From IMG/VR virus record IMGVR_UViG_3300044623_000784, positions 32,001 to 96,000 of that record: a stretch of 64,000 nucleotides of DNA; one strand, 5' to 3'. How positions within the stretch are numbered: the stretch's first letter is position 1; the number at the start of each line of letters is the position of its first letter. This DNA comes from a virus. The notes beneath the pieces are model-generated. The model did not search any database and was not told the origin of the DNA. It worked only from the letters and a program-made list of their open reading frames with translations. Shown here piece by piece: positions 31,101 to 39,334 of the stretch. Made by a program: the position numbers and the translations under genes.

Positions 31101-34100
31101 AGACTCAAGTGCGTACATTGTCTTACCAGTGATTGGGTCTTGAATTAATCTTAATTCTTGCTTTGGTGTTTCAAGACCGTGAACCTCTCTTGCAATCCTT
31201 GTTGCTCTTAGTTCAGCCATGGCAGATTTTTCATCTATCATTGGCTTTACATAAACTTTTCTTCCATCTTCTGTTATGTGTACACCAGAAAGGTGCTTGG
31301 CTCCAACATTGCTAAACCCTGTTCCTACAGATAGTTGCTCTCTATATTTAGTTATTGGCTTTCCTGCTGCTTTTGCATCTTCTAGTTTTTGTAATGCTAA
31401 AAGCGCTGCCTGACTTCTCTTACCTGAAACCGAAGCAACTTTTATTGTCCCAGACGAGCCGTCAGATCTTCCGCCTTTAAATGCTCCGTCTTCTAGGACT
31501 GCATTGTTCATTGTCTTTTTAAGTTCATTAGTTCTTGCACTTACTTCTGGTCTTTCGTATGCAATTATATTTCCTTTTGCATCCCTGCTTACTTTTACAA
31601 TCTGCCCTGGATAGTGATCAAAAAGTCTTTTTGCTGAAGCCTTTGTATTAGGCTTGCTCTTTGACTTCTCTACTGCTTCATAAAGTTCTTTAGCAGTTGC
31701 TGTGCTGTTGTACACCATCTTTGGCTTTTGAAAACTTGTAAGTCCCTGTGGCGCTAGAAGTGCTGAGACTCCTCCAGCATGCCTTGGGTCTCTTGCTAAT
31801 CCTCCAAGAATTCCAGACTTAATATTTCCCATTCTTGAGTAAACGTCTTTGTCTCCAATCAAAGGGATGCTGTGGCTACCGTCGCCAAGTGGTACTCTAG
31901 GAATTGCTTCTAATGCTTTGATTAGGTTTGTTCTAATCTGATCTGCTGTTTGGGCTGCTTTAGTTGGGCTCATGTTGCTTGGTGGCCCCATTAACTTAGA
32001 TGTCATTGTTTGTACTGATCTTGGCTTCTTTATTTCTTCTAAATACTCTACCAAGTTTGCTCTATTGTGTGTTAGATCTTTGTGAAGAGATTCTGGTATA
32101 TCAAACCCCACAGCAGTATATGTTGTTCCCTTTTCAAATCCTCTTACCTTGAGTGTCTGAGCCTTCTCTTTAAACTCATCTGGAACATTATTAAGGTCAA
32201 CCTTTGAATTACCTGTTGCATGTGCAAACACTGTGTCTGGTTTTGATTTTACTTTTGACTTTGCTTTTCCAGATTGTGTAACTTCATCAGTACCCTCATT
32301 AAAACCCTGAAGTCTTTTATTAACCATTGCACTAATGATTGGCTTAAACCTAGGGTCTTGTGCTACTTCTGCTGGGATAACTGCTTCTCCAGGAGTAAGC
32401 ATTGATGGAACTGTATCCTGATTTCCACTTCCTGGTACCCTGGTTGTTCCAGTTGAATACTTTCTTCTTGCCTGACTTCCCTTGCCACCCTTGGCTGGAC
32501 CAGTGAACCCCATCTGTGCTGCAATTGCTCTCTTATATGCATTTGCTAGTGCATTGACTGCTGTTGCTTCAGATGTAAAGGTTTGCCTTAATCTTTGATG
32601 GACCTGGTCAAGTGATGCTGCTACTGCAGATGCCTCAAGTTGTTCCTTAGTTAAATAATTAGTTTGCTCTCCTAGAACCTTACTTGCTCCGCCTGTTCTG
32701 TTGTACATAGACTTCATGCTTGCAAACATTTTAATAATATTGGCAACTGCGTTTGCTATCAAACCAAATGTCATGAGAAGTACTGGTCCTATACCTGCAA
32801 CTGCTACAGTAAAGATAGTTAAAAATTTCTTACTACCATCTCCAAGGTTATTGAACTTATCAAGAATCTTACCAACAAACTCTACAATAGGTGTCAGTGC
32901 TTTTAGGAACTGCTCTCCAACTGGAGCAATTGCCACCTTGAGGTCTTCCATTGACTTCTTAAACTTATATGTTGTTGTATTTTGAATCTTGTCTAATTCT
33001 CGCTGTGAGAGAATTGAAAGTTCTTCTGTTGTTGCTTGTGTTAATGCTAACACTCTTTGTGCTTGCGTACCCTGGGCTGTTACGTTTTGAAATAATGTAG
33101 ATAGTCTTGAGAACTGGAACTTGCCGAATAGTTGCTCAATAGCACGAGCACGGTTAAGTGGGTCAAGTGTGTCAAGTGCTTGTGCAAATCCAACAACCGT
33201 TGCTTTAATATCTCCCTTGTTAGCCTCAACAATTCCTGTGATATTTACTCCAAGGTCTCCAAGGAATGCACTGGCTTTTTTAGATGGATTAATTAATGAT
33301 GCAAGACCAGACTTGAGTGCGTTAGCGCCTTCTGATGCATTAATTCCACCTTCCTTCATTGCTGTAAGGAAGAACGCTAAATCTTCTACATCTCCTCCAA
33401 GTTGCTGAACAACTGGCCCAGCCTTTGGAATTGCTATTGTTAAATCTTCAATAGATACAACAGTCTGGTTTTCAACAGCGTTAAGGAAATCAATCTTTTT
33501 TGCAAGATCTTCTGCTGCAACACCAAATGCATTTGTAACTGAGATAGTTGTTTCTAGTGCTTGTGTTTGTTCTACCCCACCAAGCACTGCAAGTCTTGTT
33601 GCCTGAACAACCTGTGCCGTTAACTCTGCACCTTGCTTACCCATTGCTGCTGCATCGGCAGCCATTTTCATTGTTTCTTCTACTGCTACACCATACTTTG
33701 TATATTCTTTTGCAAGAGTCTGTATCTGCTTAACCATTGCATCAGTTTCTTCTTGGCTTGTAAACATTTCTCCATAAACACGCTTAAATCTAATTGCCTG
33801 CTCTTCAAGTTTCATAAAGGTCTTTGCAGCGGTTGTTCCAAGCATTGCTAGTGGAACCGTAAAGCCAACCATCAACTGACGGCCTGCCCACTGAGTATTC
33901 TTACCAAAGTTTAGAAGATTAGTAGAACCCTGCTTTAATAGTTGATTAAGTAGTTGTTGTCTTTGTGCTGCGATTGCTGTCTGTGTACCCAAGTTTTTCA
34001 TGTCAAGGGTTAGCGGTCTTACTGCAATTGCTTGTAGAGCACCGTTTGCTCCACGACCCAACTTTATATATTGGGTTTGAATATCTTTTACACGCTCTCG

Positions 34101-34451
34101 TGCTACTTTGTTTATTGTCTCAAATTCAGACCTAAAAAGTTTACCGAAGGTTTTTGTTGCTGCTCCAGTATATCTAAAATACTCTCGTGAGGTTAACTTA
34201 TTTCTTTCTAAAGCATCAGTAAAATGCTCTGTACTTGTTGTAACTGTTCGCATTGATGCTTGGAATTGTCCAGTAGCATTTATGCTGTTCATCAAGTTCT
34301 GTGCTTGATTTGCTGCCACTGCTGCTGCTGCAGTGCCAGACTTTGCCATCTGTGTATGGAAGGCTGATATTTGACGTTGTAGAAGTTTTAGACTTGCTAA
34401 AGCATCAGACGTATCAATATTTACATGAATATTGGATTCTACATCAGCCAT
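25182..34451 (-). CDS. Tail tape measure protein with kinase-like insert, (EAAAK)-type repeat and LysM
   Basis: 3089 aa; TP901-like core (AMKEGGINASEGANALKSGL, AIEQLFGK), hydrophobic segments, LysM YVVKPGDTLSGIASQHGISLEELLDANP at about 25548-25700; follows the tail chaperones. Confidence 0.92.
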   Translation of the reverse strand: MADVESNIHVNIDTSDALASLKLLQRQISAFHTQMAKSGTAAAAVAANQAQNLMNSINATGQFQASMRTVTTSTEHFTDALERNKLTSREYFRYTGAATKTFGKLFRSEFETINKVARERVKDIQTQYIKLGRGANGALQAIAVRPLTLDMKNLGTQTAIAAQRQQLLNQLLKQGSTNLLNFGKNTQWAGRQLMVGFTVPLAMLGTTAAKTFMKLEEQAIRFKRVYGEMFTSQEETDAMVKQIQTLAKEYTKYGVAVEETMKMAADAAAMGKQGAELTAQVVQATRLAVLGGVEQTQALETTISVTNAFGVAAEDLAKKIDFLNAVENQTVVSIEDLTIAIPKAGPVVQQLGGDVEDLAFFLTAMKEGGINASEGANALKSGLASLINPSKKASAFLGDLGVNITGIVEANKGDIKATVVGFAQALDTLDPLNRARAIEQLFGKFQFSRLSTLFQNVTAQGTQAQRVLALTQATTEELSILSQRELDKIQNTTTYKFKKSMEDLKVAIAPVGEQFLKALTPIVEFVGKILDKFNNLGDGSKKFLTIFTVAVAGIGPVLLMTFGLIANAVANIIKMFASMKSMYNRTGGASKVLGEQTNYLTKEQLEASAVAASLDQVHQRLRQTFTSEATAVNALANAYKRAIAAQMGFTGPAKGGKGSQARRKYSTGTTRVPGSGNQDTVPSMLTPGEAVIPAEVAQDPRFKPIISAMVNKRLQGFNEGTDEVTQSGKAKSKVKSKPDTVFAHATGNSKVDLNNVPDEFKEKAQTLKVRGFEKGTTYTAVGFDIPESLHKDLTHNRANLVEYLEEIKKPRSVQTMTSKLMGPPSNMSPTKAAQTADQIRTNLIKALEAIPRVPLGDGSHSIPLIGDKDVYSRMGNIKSGILGGLARDPRHAGGVSALLAPQGLTSFQKPKMVYNSTATAKELYEAVEKSKSKPNTKASAKRLFDHYPGQIVKVSRDAKGNIIAYERPEVSARTNELKKTMNNAVLEDGAFKGGRSDGSSGTIKVASVSGKRSQAALLALQKLEDAKAAGKPITKYREQLSVGTGFSNVGAKHLSGVHITEDGRKVYVKPMIDEKSAMAELRATRIAREVHGLETPKQELRLIQDPITGKTMYALESEFNPKFDPETIPKKFSKKQYIKQLLAAGLRGDKDLKRGNLGGNVLTDVGPAGVFSKASGARDYAEKMPSLEEMTKTNLSGVKGDAAARSPFWFGNQTADIAKSMSAEQFESAMKKEVKKSIANLEKLIPKLQLSDAERPLYTSMLDRLKEKVDWKSIHKLHTSIAIKPDEVLQDDKTGKITKPKTEKLPANVKSSAGKKDKLMTQEPEGKSIVQGIPKKVGRFVMPGKANAPEARVTSSTALIDGARGSIAEAKAVGANIGTNISQSAAAASRTLLYGTGPIDAEAKSVRRQLEKQERVRAKTQARINANKTSMYGTTGLIDPVMRGKRKQAELAEKRSRLAEKVAYQQQVISERAAAEAKRRTPSGRIKAFVQNRQDKRAANLAAGKQSRISMGGALGVASGAAMIGSMAPGKVGEISQKVMMPLMGLSMILPMLKSPTSAVIAGLMVAVGSFVALRMAFDKAADQVLQEGEKFKGSSSAIQAIAEFSGKVTASEQMDLKRKNSFSMLGPATGKTSYGEAFVQTEEGKALTGRLAKQSAAGKGNEAAKDLTGQLSASLMSGAIDMSQAKSLAMNAARQAGDMSIGIKVIAQLESLLGPNGENLVNDPLNIRINMINENKKNLDNSIKNIKNTDPITKLAGRKNVQIAGIGASALGGAAAGAGIGGMIGGPIGAVIGAGIGTAAGAVLGFLASKKFAKRAGALGAAYAVDAKIAMEQNKELLDSFDLQYQKKIELLRTQGKINEAEALQTKYINERDKLTDAQGKLQGDIVAQYDSAGGLQESMMNGMKKATAARYKNDPNQLAYTPVVDQQAADLVSSGLITKGQEFLIQAKMASGDLPPSVLKNLLFLATDNTAIAPKIMEIITKFSGATAETIGVAAENILDAKGDVNTTVQTEFVTRVQAFEKDSDALDFAKNMIKLNNLNTVIPSDVLVSYYTNESPESKAAYEKLNSMFDQIETKKNIDVPFVYDLIPELKTDKTDAFDEKYFDTLTDDQKKTYTYTVASLINVPAPQIVATKDYQDWLKQDEVIAGKRYGGGQYKGLPEAMMIAHYTEQQGFKAVVDNKQVDTNIPGNSTGTGTGSKVQASPLDDLVKKLRDVRKNQIKVTEGWAASRKALDGLFGGKKTIDVFSGIENDLRGLGGSQDFIELIVGMDPKEYEKRKNSLFKFDNKGNIIGLKRDAKNIQEALNSITMGEWNSSMESETKAISDQSKAMDKLSKLGVPVADAYELVSNKAYAQAIANGVTEKSLGKLITKYNALTVAQKASASIQDTKTATSQLKNDRLQEQRLKQMAAGGNGLDAFAISSDNELKALEVSIFNQKKNVAKLEAKAKKTKDKADIKAAEDAAKLLAEAEAAMNERITELKKTVGLYEDLFNDLFSNVMDSFDAEERKLQIDFEMNIDNKKANAEIEKAQNEIAAMQYLSDDKEAALKAIEDQEQAINEKYDKRIEALDAVEKANANIANQQKGQLTLAEALTSGDIAAAARAAQEMRAQEAADAVTKQKDAVEQSRKYELSTATGFDKQGSKDPKLGQLKTRKQLEKEIKEIQDKIFEKEEAAIEPQQEFLRLKQIALKEDIAGIKIAGLSREAWEQIQSNVEIARIRALDFVKGIESAMKALDQGLTDLTKFQAKDLIAKYGVQTQPVNTAAADRAAAEAAAKAAAEAAAKAAAEAAAKAAAEAAAKAAADKAAAEAAAKAAAEKAAAEGKSAAEQAAAAEAARKAAEAKAKAEAEARAAAEAAAKAAAEKAATEKAAAEAKAAAEKAAAEAAAKAAADAAAAAVDNASDSPSYSVIPKTATTYVVKPGDTLSGIASQHGISLEELLDANPKFTTDPKYKGGSMIWSGTTVKIPGGGSGGGSGGGFGMQMAAMGGLINPMKFAFGGFAKGTDTVPAMLTPGEFVMSKYAVDAHGVNTMKAINSGQPTGGAVYNNTYTLTVNAKTNANPNEIAQAVMSTIKQVDDRRIRGIGINGR
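25758..26160 (-). repeat. Coding Ala/Glu/Lys repeat (AAAEAAAK)n
   Basis: 24-nt units such as GCTGCTGCCTCTGCTGCAGCCTTT on the plus strand. Confidence 0.85.
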
Positions 34452-34469
34452 CCATTAACACCTCTTTAT

Positions 34470-34793
34470 TTAGTTATTTGCAAGATTGCCAAGTAGTGAT
34501 GCGTCAGAAAGTTTAATTCCTGATGCCTCTTCGACAATCTTGTATACTGTTGGAAGGTCTAGATTTTCTTCTAGTGCTTCCTTGTCTTCTGCCAATTCTG
34601 GCTTGTATTGCTTCATTGCTATTTGAACGCAGTCCATGAGTAAATCCATAGACTTTTCATTATCTTCTGCGACCTTTGCAATATCTTCAAACTTCTTCAT
34701 GAACGGACGTAGCAAAGAGATCTTAAGTGGTCTTACCTTGATCTTAGTGCCATCAATTAGTGTTACTGTCTTTTCTTCAGTGGCGGTTGCCAT
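34470..34793 (-). CDS. Tail assembly chaperone, short form
   Basis: Between major tail protein and tape measure; SD AAGGAGG; paralogous to the N-half of 34849..35529. Confidence 0.7.
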   Translation of the reverse strand: MATATEEKTVTLIDGTKIKVRPLKISLLRPFMKKFEDIAKVAEDNEKSMDLLMDCVQIAMKQYKPELAEDKEALEENLDLPTVYKIVEEASGIKLSDASLLGNLANN

Positions 34794-34819
34794 TTATTCC
34801 TCCTTATAAGGTTTAGTTA

Positions 34820-34828
34820 ATTATACCA
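34820..34828 (-). promoter_or_regulatory. Extended -10 promoter TGGTATAAT
   Basis: Intergenic, upstream of the short chaperone and tape measure. Confidence 0.7.
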
Positions 34829-34848
34829 TAGCGCAGGCTTATTTTTGA

Positions 34849-35529
34849 CTAATCGTAAGTCTCATAATCAAGTCCCATGCCTATTCCAAAACCAGCCCTC
34901 TCAGCATTTGCGCCTTGTAAAGCCAGAATATCATTTCCATCTCCAGCAGCACCTTTACTAAATACTCTGGCCTTCATATCTTCCCATTCATTACCCCTGC
35001 CGTTGTTTTTATCTAAATCTACACCCTGCATGGCAGCAGAAAACTTTTTGTCACTATAGTCTAGTTCTCTTTTTATTTTTAAAGTTGCTGTTAACTCTTG
35101 CATAGACATTGATGATTCTAATTCGTCATAGTCTTTCCATATGCCAATTAAAAAAACTTCTGACTCTAGTTTTGCCAAATCTAATGTATCCCAAGAAGAT
35201 CCACTATCAACGGCTTGTTCTTTAACAGGCTCTTCTGACTTTTCATTAATTTTTATTCCTGCAGCAATATCAATAACATCGTAGATAGTTGGCAAGTCTA
35301 GGCTGTCTTCTAAATCATCAATAGTTTTAATTGATGGGCAGTACTGCTGCATTGCAATAAGAGCGCAGTGGGCCAGGATAGATATTGATTCGTCGTCAGT
35401 CTTTGCTTCCTTGATTGTTTCAAAGGTATCTAAAAACTCTCTTAGATATTTTATTTTTAGTGGGGCAGCAATAACAACCCTATCGTCTACTAGGTATATT
35501 TTTTTTGTGTCATATATTTTTGTTGCCAT
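34849..35529 (-). CDS. Tail assembly chaperone, long form
   Basis: Start MATKIY at 35529; N-half resembles 34470..34793, C-half has LESEVFLIGIWKDYDELESSMSMQEL. Confidence 0.7.
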   Translation of the reverse strand: MATKIYDTKKIYLVDDRVVIAAPLKIKYLREFLDTFETIKEAKTDDESISILAHCALIAMQQYCPSIKTIDDLEDSLDLPTIYDVIDIAAGIKINEKSEEPVKEQAVDSGSSWDTLDLAKLESEVFLIGIWKDYDELESSMSMQELTATLKIKRELDYSDKKFSAAMQGVDLDKNNGRGNEWEDMKARVFSKGAAGDGNDILALQGANAERAGFGIGMGLDYETYD

Positions 35530-35535
35530 TATATA

Positions 35536-35544
35536 AGTATACCA
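35536..35544 (-). promoter_or_regulatory. Extended -10 promoter TGGTATACT, leaderless arrangement
   Basis: TGGTATACT-TATATA-ATG (6 nt to ATG 35529). Confidence 0.7.
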
Positions 35545-35548
35545 AACA

Positions 35549-35580
35549 GAAAGGCCCAACCCCGAAGGATTGAGCCTCTC
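35549..35580 (-). terminator. Hairpin terminator after the major tail gene
   Basis: Minus strand GAGAGGCTCAATCC-TTCG-GGGTTGGGCCTTTC-TGTTT, with a cUUCGg tetraloop. Confidence 0.8.
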
Positions 35581-35593
35581 ATATTAAGTTGTA

Positions 35594-36253
35594 TTATGCT
35601 GATGGTGCTGCGAGTGTGCGGTCTACGATCTTACCGTATGACGCATTGTCATTTGGAAGAAGACGGAATGAAACTTCAAACATTGAAGCCTCGTCACGCT
35701 TTGCAGATACTGTTACATTCTCAATTGAGAGTGCACGGTATGCTACGTAGATTCTTTCCTTGTTGATCGATGCTGAACCAGATCCTGGTCCTACTGCTAC
35801 GATACCACGCTCTAGTGGAACGTCGCCAATATCTCCTGCAGACATTCTTAGTGTCGATAGGTTAGATCCTGTTGCGATTTCCTCATTTGATGCAATTGCT
35901 ACTAGAAGATTTTCTAGTGTTGCCTCTGCAAAAGATGTATTTAGATTAACTGTCATACCTTGCTTGAATAAACGAGCAACGTCGAGAAGTTGATCTACTG
36001 CTACATCACCAAAGTCTGGCTGGAATGCGAGTTCCAAACCATTCGATGTGTATCCTATATTTGTGTAGTCAGTGTCATTTGACAAAGTTTCCTTATAAGA
36101 TGTTGTGGATGCTGTCATTGCTGGAAGATCTGTTGACGCTTGAGCGTCAGTAATTAATCCAGTATTTGATACGTATCCGATTGGGCCATCATGCGTAAAT
36201 AGTGCTGCTGCACCTACGATAATGTTACTACTTGAACCACGGCTGTATGCCAT
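35594..36253 (-). CDS. Major tail (tube) protein
   Basis: NIIVGAA..IGYTSNGLEL..VDQLLD..FAEATLENL..FEVSFRLLP; start MAYSRG at 36253 after GAGGTGA. Confidence 0.8.
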   Translation of the reverse strand: MAYSRGSSSNIIVGAAALFTHDGPIGYVSNTGLITDAQASTDLPAMTASTTSYKETLSNDTDYTNIGYTSNGLELAFQPDFGDVAVDQLLDVARLFKQGMTVNLNTSFAEATLENLLVAIASNEEIATGSNLSTLRMSAGDIGDVPLERGIVAVGPGSGSASINKERIYVAYRALSIENVTVSAKRDEASMFEVSFRLLPNDNASYGKIVDRTLAAPSA

Positions 36254-36301
36254 ATATTTCACCTCTTTCGTTTTATTAAAAGGGCTTGTTTCCTCACCTT
36301 A

Positions 36302-36310
36302 ATTATAACA
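36302..36310 (-). promoter_or_regulatory. Extended -10 promoter TGTTATAAT
   Basis: Intergenic, upstream of the major tail gene. Confidence 0.7.
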
Positions 36311-36317
36311 CCCTTTA

Positions 36318-36851
36318 TTAAGGGTTTAGTTCTAGAGGATGCCAGTCGTAGTCTATGATTATCTTATTCCCAGCATAAGTACGGGCTGTGCCAAAGTCAA
36401 CAATGTCTCTTGTCTCTTCTAGTTGATAGATCTTAAAATTATGGAAATACACAGGCTTAGAATCTAAGGTTTCATAATCTAGGTTTGCCACTGCCCACTC
36501 GTTTAGGTCTTGTGCTGAGTCATCTGCATTATCAAGCAAATCACTTACTTGCTGTTGAACCTTTATCATGTTTGCTTGTGCTGCCTCACCTACAGAATAA
36601 AAATAGTATAGCAACTGTTCACACTTGATGTATGGGAATGGAGTCCTTCTCATTTTAAACATTCTGTCATATACTCCAAACACACCATTACTTTGTGGAA
36701 ATGTTTCTGTCAATGAATCAATTTCTGTTGGTAGTGTTGGAAAAAAATACGTTGTTCCAACGCTTGTATTTGTATCTGGGTCAAAGTTTGGGCTTATCTT
36801 GGCTGCCAAGTAAGCATTAATAATTGTAGGTGGATGATGAATTGTAGCCAT
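36318..36851 (-). CDS. Putative tail terminator/neck protein
   Basis: Size and position directly before the major tail gene. Confidence 0.5.
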   Translation of the reverse strand: MATIHHPPTIINAYLAAKISPNFDPDTNTSVGTTYFFPTLPTEIDSLTETFPQSNGVFGVYDRMFKMRRTPFPYIKCEQLLYYFYSVGEAAQANMIKVQQQVSDLLDNADDSAQDLNEWAVANLDYETLDSKPVYFHNFKIYQLEETRDIVDFGTARTYAGNKIIIDYDWHPLELNP

Positions 36852-37525
36852 TATGCACCCAACCCTGCGTTAGCAATCCAGCGATATCCAGTTGCTATGC
36901 CCTTAGATCTACCCAAATTTTTTCCTGCTGGCAGATCTTTTTTGTATACCTGTGGATTTTCAAGATATCTTGCTATCCCGCTTGTTCTTAAGAATGCTTG
37001 TGAAAAATATCTATTAAAGAACATATCAAAGGTTTTTTCAAAACCACCCTCAACTTGTGTTCCTCCAGGATTTAAAACTTCAACTGGGCCACGAGTAAAG
37101 ACTGTTTCTCCATTGTCATCAAATGCCAAAACTTGTGCAGCCCTTGGTCTAATTGTAACTGGAATACCATTTTCCATAATTCTGGCCTTGTCATAAAAAG
37201 GTGTTCGTGATCCATCCTTGATTGATCTTGACTGACTAAAAGATGATTTAAAAGATAGTCCTAAATTACTGACTGTGTAAGATATGTCGTAAAGCCTTGC
37301 TTCTGGACTTCCAGTTAGATTCCACTCATATATGTGATGAAGCATCTCTGGGTTTACTCTTGCGTTAGAGTCTATAAATTCTTTCATTACTTCAACAGTT
37401 TCCATTCCCAGAGTTTTTAAAAATACTGTCTTGCCTTTGTGTACCCCATCTAAAAATCCAATAGAGTAGTTAACTATATTATTCATATCTTTTTTAAACT
37501 GCTTTGAGTTAAATGTTGTTATCAT
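36851..37525 (-). CDS. Putative tail completion/neck protein
   Basis: KARIMENGIPVTIRPRAAQVLAF..NPGG motif; neck position. Confidence 0.5.
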   Translation of the reverse strand: MITTFNSKQFKKDMNNIVNYSIGFLDGVHKGKTVFLKTLGMETVEVMKEFIDSNARVNPEMLHHIYEWNLTGSPEARLYDISYTVSNLGLSFKSSFSQSRSIKDGSRTPFYDKARIMENGIPVTIRPRAAQVLAFDDNGETVFTRGPVEVLNPGGTQVEGGFEKTFDMFFNRYFSQAFLRTSGIARYLENPQVYKKDLPAGKNLGRSKGIATGYRWIANAGLGA

Positions 37526-37971
37526 ACATCACCTGACTGATTCTCTGATCTTCTTATTACTAACTTGTAGGATTCTACAGTTCCAAACGGTCCAGTAAAA
37601 GGCTCAAAGGTTGCTATTTCAAAAAGTGTGCCTTTACCAGATCTAGGACCAGATGTCTCCATGTAGATAAGGTTACCTTCTTGATCTTTAATGTCAGATA
37701 TCAAGATATTGGTTAAAGCATTCTTACTATCAAGAGAAGAGATTCTGATATCAGACTTTGATCTTCCGACAAGAATTGAATTTTGTGTAATGTTGACATT
37801 TGGCTTTACTTCTTCTTTAAATGCAGAACCTCCAGTACTAAAACTACATGCAAAAACTCTATCTAAAACCCAGTGCTTTTTGATTGAACCAAAGTCTCCT
37901 TGTTCTACTATTGGATGATATACAGATGCCTGCATTGGAAACATGAAGTCGGGGCTTTCGCAAACTGTCAT
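37522..37971 (-). CDS. Putative head closure protein
   Basis: 149 aa, beta-rich, follows the adaptor gene. Confidence 0.5.
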   Translation of the reverse strand: MTVCESPDFMFPMQASVYHPIVEQGDFGSIKKHWVLDRVFACSFSTGGSAFKEEVKPNVNITQNSILVGRSKSDIRISSLDSKNALTNILISDIKDQEGNLIYMETSGPRSGKGTLFEIATFEPFTGPFGTVESYKLVIRRSENQSGDV

Positions 37972-38867
37972 TACAATACCCCAAGTTTTGTAATAGACTT
38001 AGTATACTTTGAAAGTATCTTGTCTACAATTATGTTTCCCGTTCCTTCGAAAAGACCCTTATCAAACTGAATTCTATATTGATCTGTGTTATAAGAAGAA
38101 ATAAATCTTTTGTAATAATCTAACTTTCCACACTCTAGATCGTGAATGAGCATCTCTGTTGCTCTAACAATATCTGATGGAACTGATGTGTACCCATACT
38201 CAACAGTTATTAAGTAATCCCAGGTCTTACCAAACCCTCTATAAATAAACTGTGGGTCCAGAGAATCTGATGCTGCTGCTGGTAAAACTAGTGGAGAAGA
38301 TTCTGCACGATTAATGTTGTCTGATGATTTCTCAATGATTGCTGTTTTATCTGATGAGACTTCGTATTCTCTATCTTCTACTAACTTATTGTTTTCATAT
38401 ACCGCCAAAACTTTCTTTACATCATCCCAGATTGGTAGGTAGTCTGCTCCAGTACCTGTAAAATGTAAAACTTTTTTCTTATAGTAAAATCCTTCTGTAA
38501 CTATTGAGTCAATGATTGCTCTTGCAATTTCTTCATTTGCTGTGTAGGTAGCAATGTCTGATGCTGTAGACGCTTTTGTTGATGGGTCTACATAGGGTCT
38601 TACAATTTCATAAGTTTCATCCTGAAGAATTACTTCTCCAACTGCTCCAAGATTTTTAACAATTTCAACTCTATAGGAAGAGTCGTAGTTTCCTGGCAAA
38701 GATATATCAATAATGTTTCCTGATGATTTATTTAAAAAGGTTAGTGTCGATACTGAAAGATCCGCCATATCTGTTACGTTGGCGGTTATAGTTGATGATG
38801 TTATTCCCGCAGGAACTAAAAAATCAACAGAGATTTCTGCATATGGCGAAACTCTCAATATCTCCAT
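37971..38867 (-). CDS. Head-to-tail adaptor
   Basis: ARAIIDSI..VEYGYTSVPSDIVRATEML..ILSKY pattern of gp6/gp15-like adaptors. Confidence 0.65.
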   Translation of the reverse strand: MEILRVSPYAEISVDFLVPAGITSSTITANVTDMADLSVSTLTFLNKSSGNIIDISLPGNYDSSYRVEIVKNLGAVGEVILQDETYEIVRPYVDPSTKASTASDIATYTANEEIARAIIDSIVTEGFYYKKKVLHFTGTGADYLPIWDDVKKVLAVYENNKLVEDREYEVSSDKTAIIEKSSDNINRAESSPLVLPAAASDSLDPQFIYRGFGKTWDYLITVEYGYTSVPSDIVRATEMLIHDLECGKLDYYKRFISSYNTDQYRIQFDKGLFEGTGNIIVDKILSKYTKSITKLGVL

Positions 38868-38873
38868 CTTTAA

Positions 38874-39299
38874 TTATCCAAAAGCCTTCTGGACTTCTTC
38901 TGGTGAAGCAATGCGAACATGCCCCCGAGTTAGCCATTTATTTGCTTGTGCTTTTGTAACAATGTTGTATCCCTTAGTAAGTGAGCCAACCTCTTCCCAA
39001 CGAACGCTTTTTGTTGAGTGAAGTGCCACCTTTTCTAAAAGGTCTACATCTGTGTTAATTGTCTTGCTTGGGCCGTCTGCTGCCATTGATCCAATAGCAC
39101 CTGTCTCTGTAAAGCCTAGTGCTTGAACTGGCTCTACTACTGCTGGTGCTTCTACTGCTGGTGCTTCTACTACTGGCTCAACTACAGGCTCTGCTACAGG
39201 AACATGTTCTACTGGTGCCTCTACTACTGGCGCATCCACATGTGCTTGCTCTTCAGCATTGTCTACTGAAAACGGCTTATTGTAATTATTATTTTCCAT
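38874..39299 (-). CDS. Hypothetical protein with acidic PVVE/APVVE low-complexity N-terminus
   Basis: SD AAGGAGG; own promoter; located after the capsid gene. Confidence 0.7.
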   Translation of the reverse strand: MENNNYNKPFSVDNAEEQAHVDAPVVEAPVEHVPVAEPVVEPVVEAPAVEAPAVVEPVQALGFTETGAIGSMAADGPSKTINTDVDLLEKVALHSTKSVRWEEVGSLTKGYNIVTKAQANKWLTRGHVRIASPEEVQKAFG

Positions 39300-39317
39300 T
39301 GTATCCTCCTTGTTTGT

Positions 39318-39326
39318 ATTATATCA
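39318..39326 (-). promoter_or_regulatory. Extended -10 promoter TGATATAAT
   Basis: Intergenic, just downstream of the capsid terminator. Confidence 0.7.
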
Positions 39327-39334
39327 TTAAAGTA

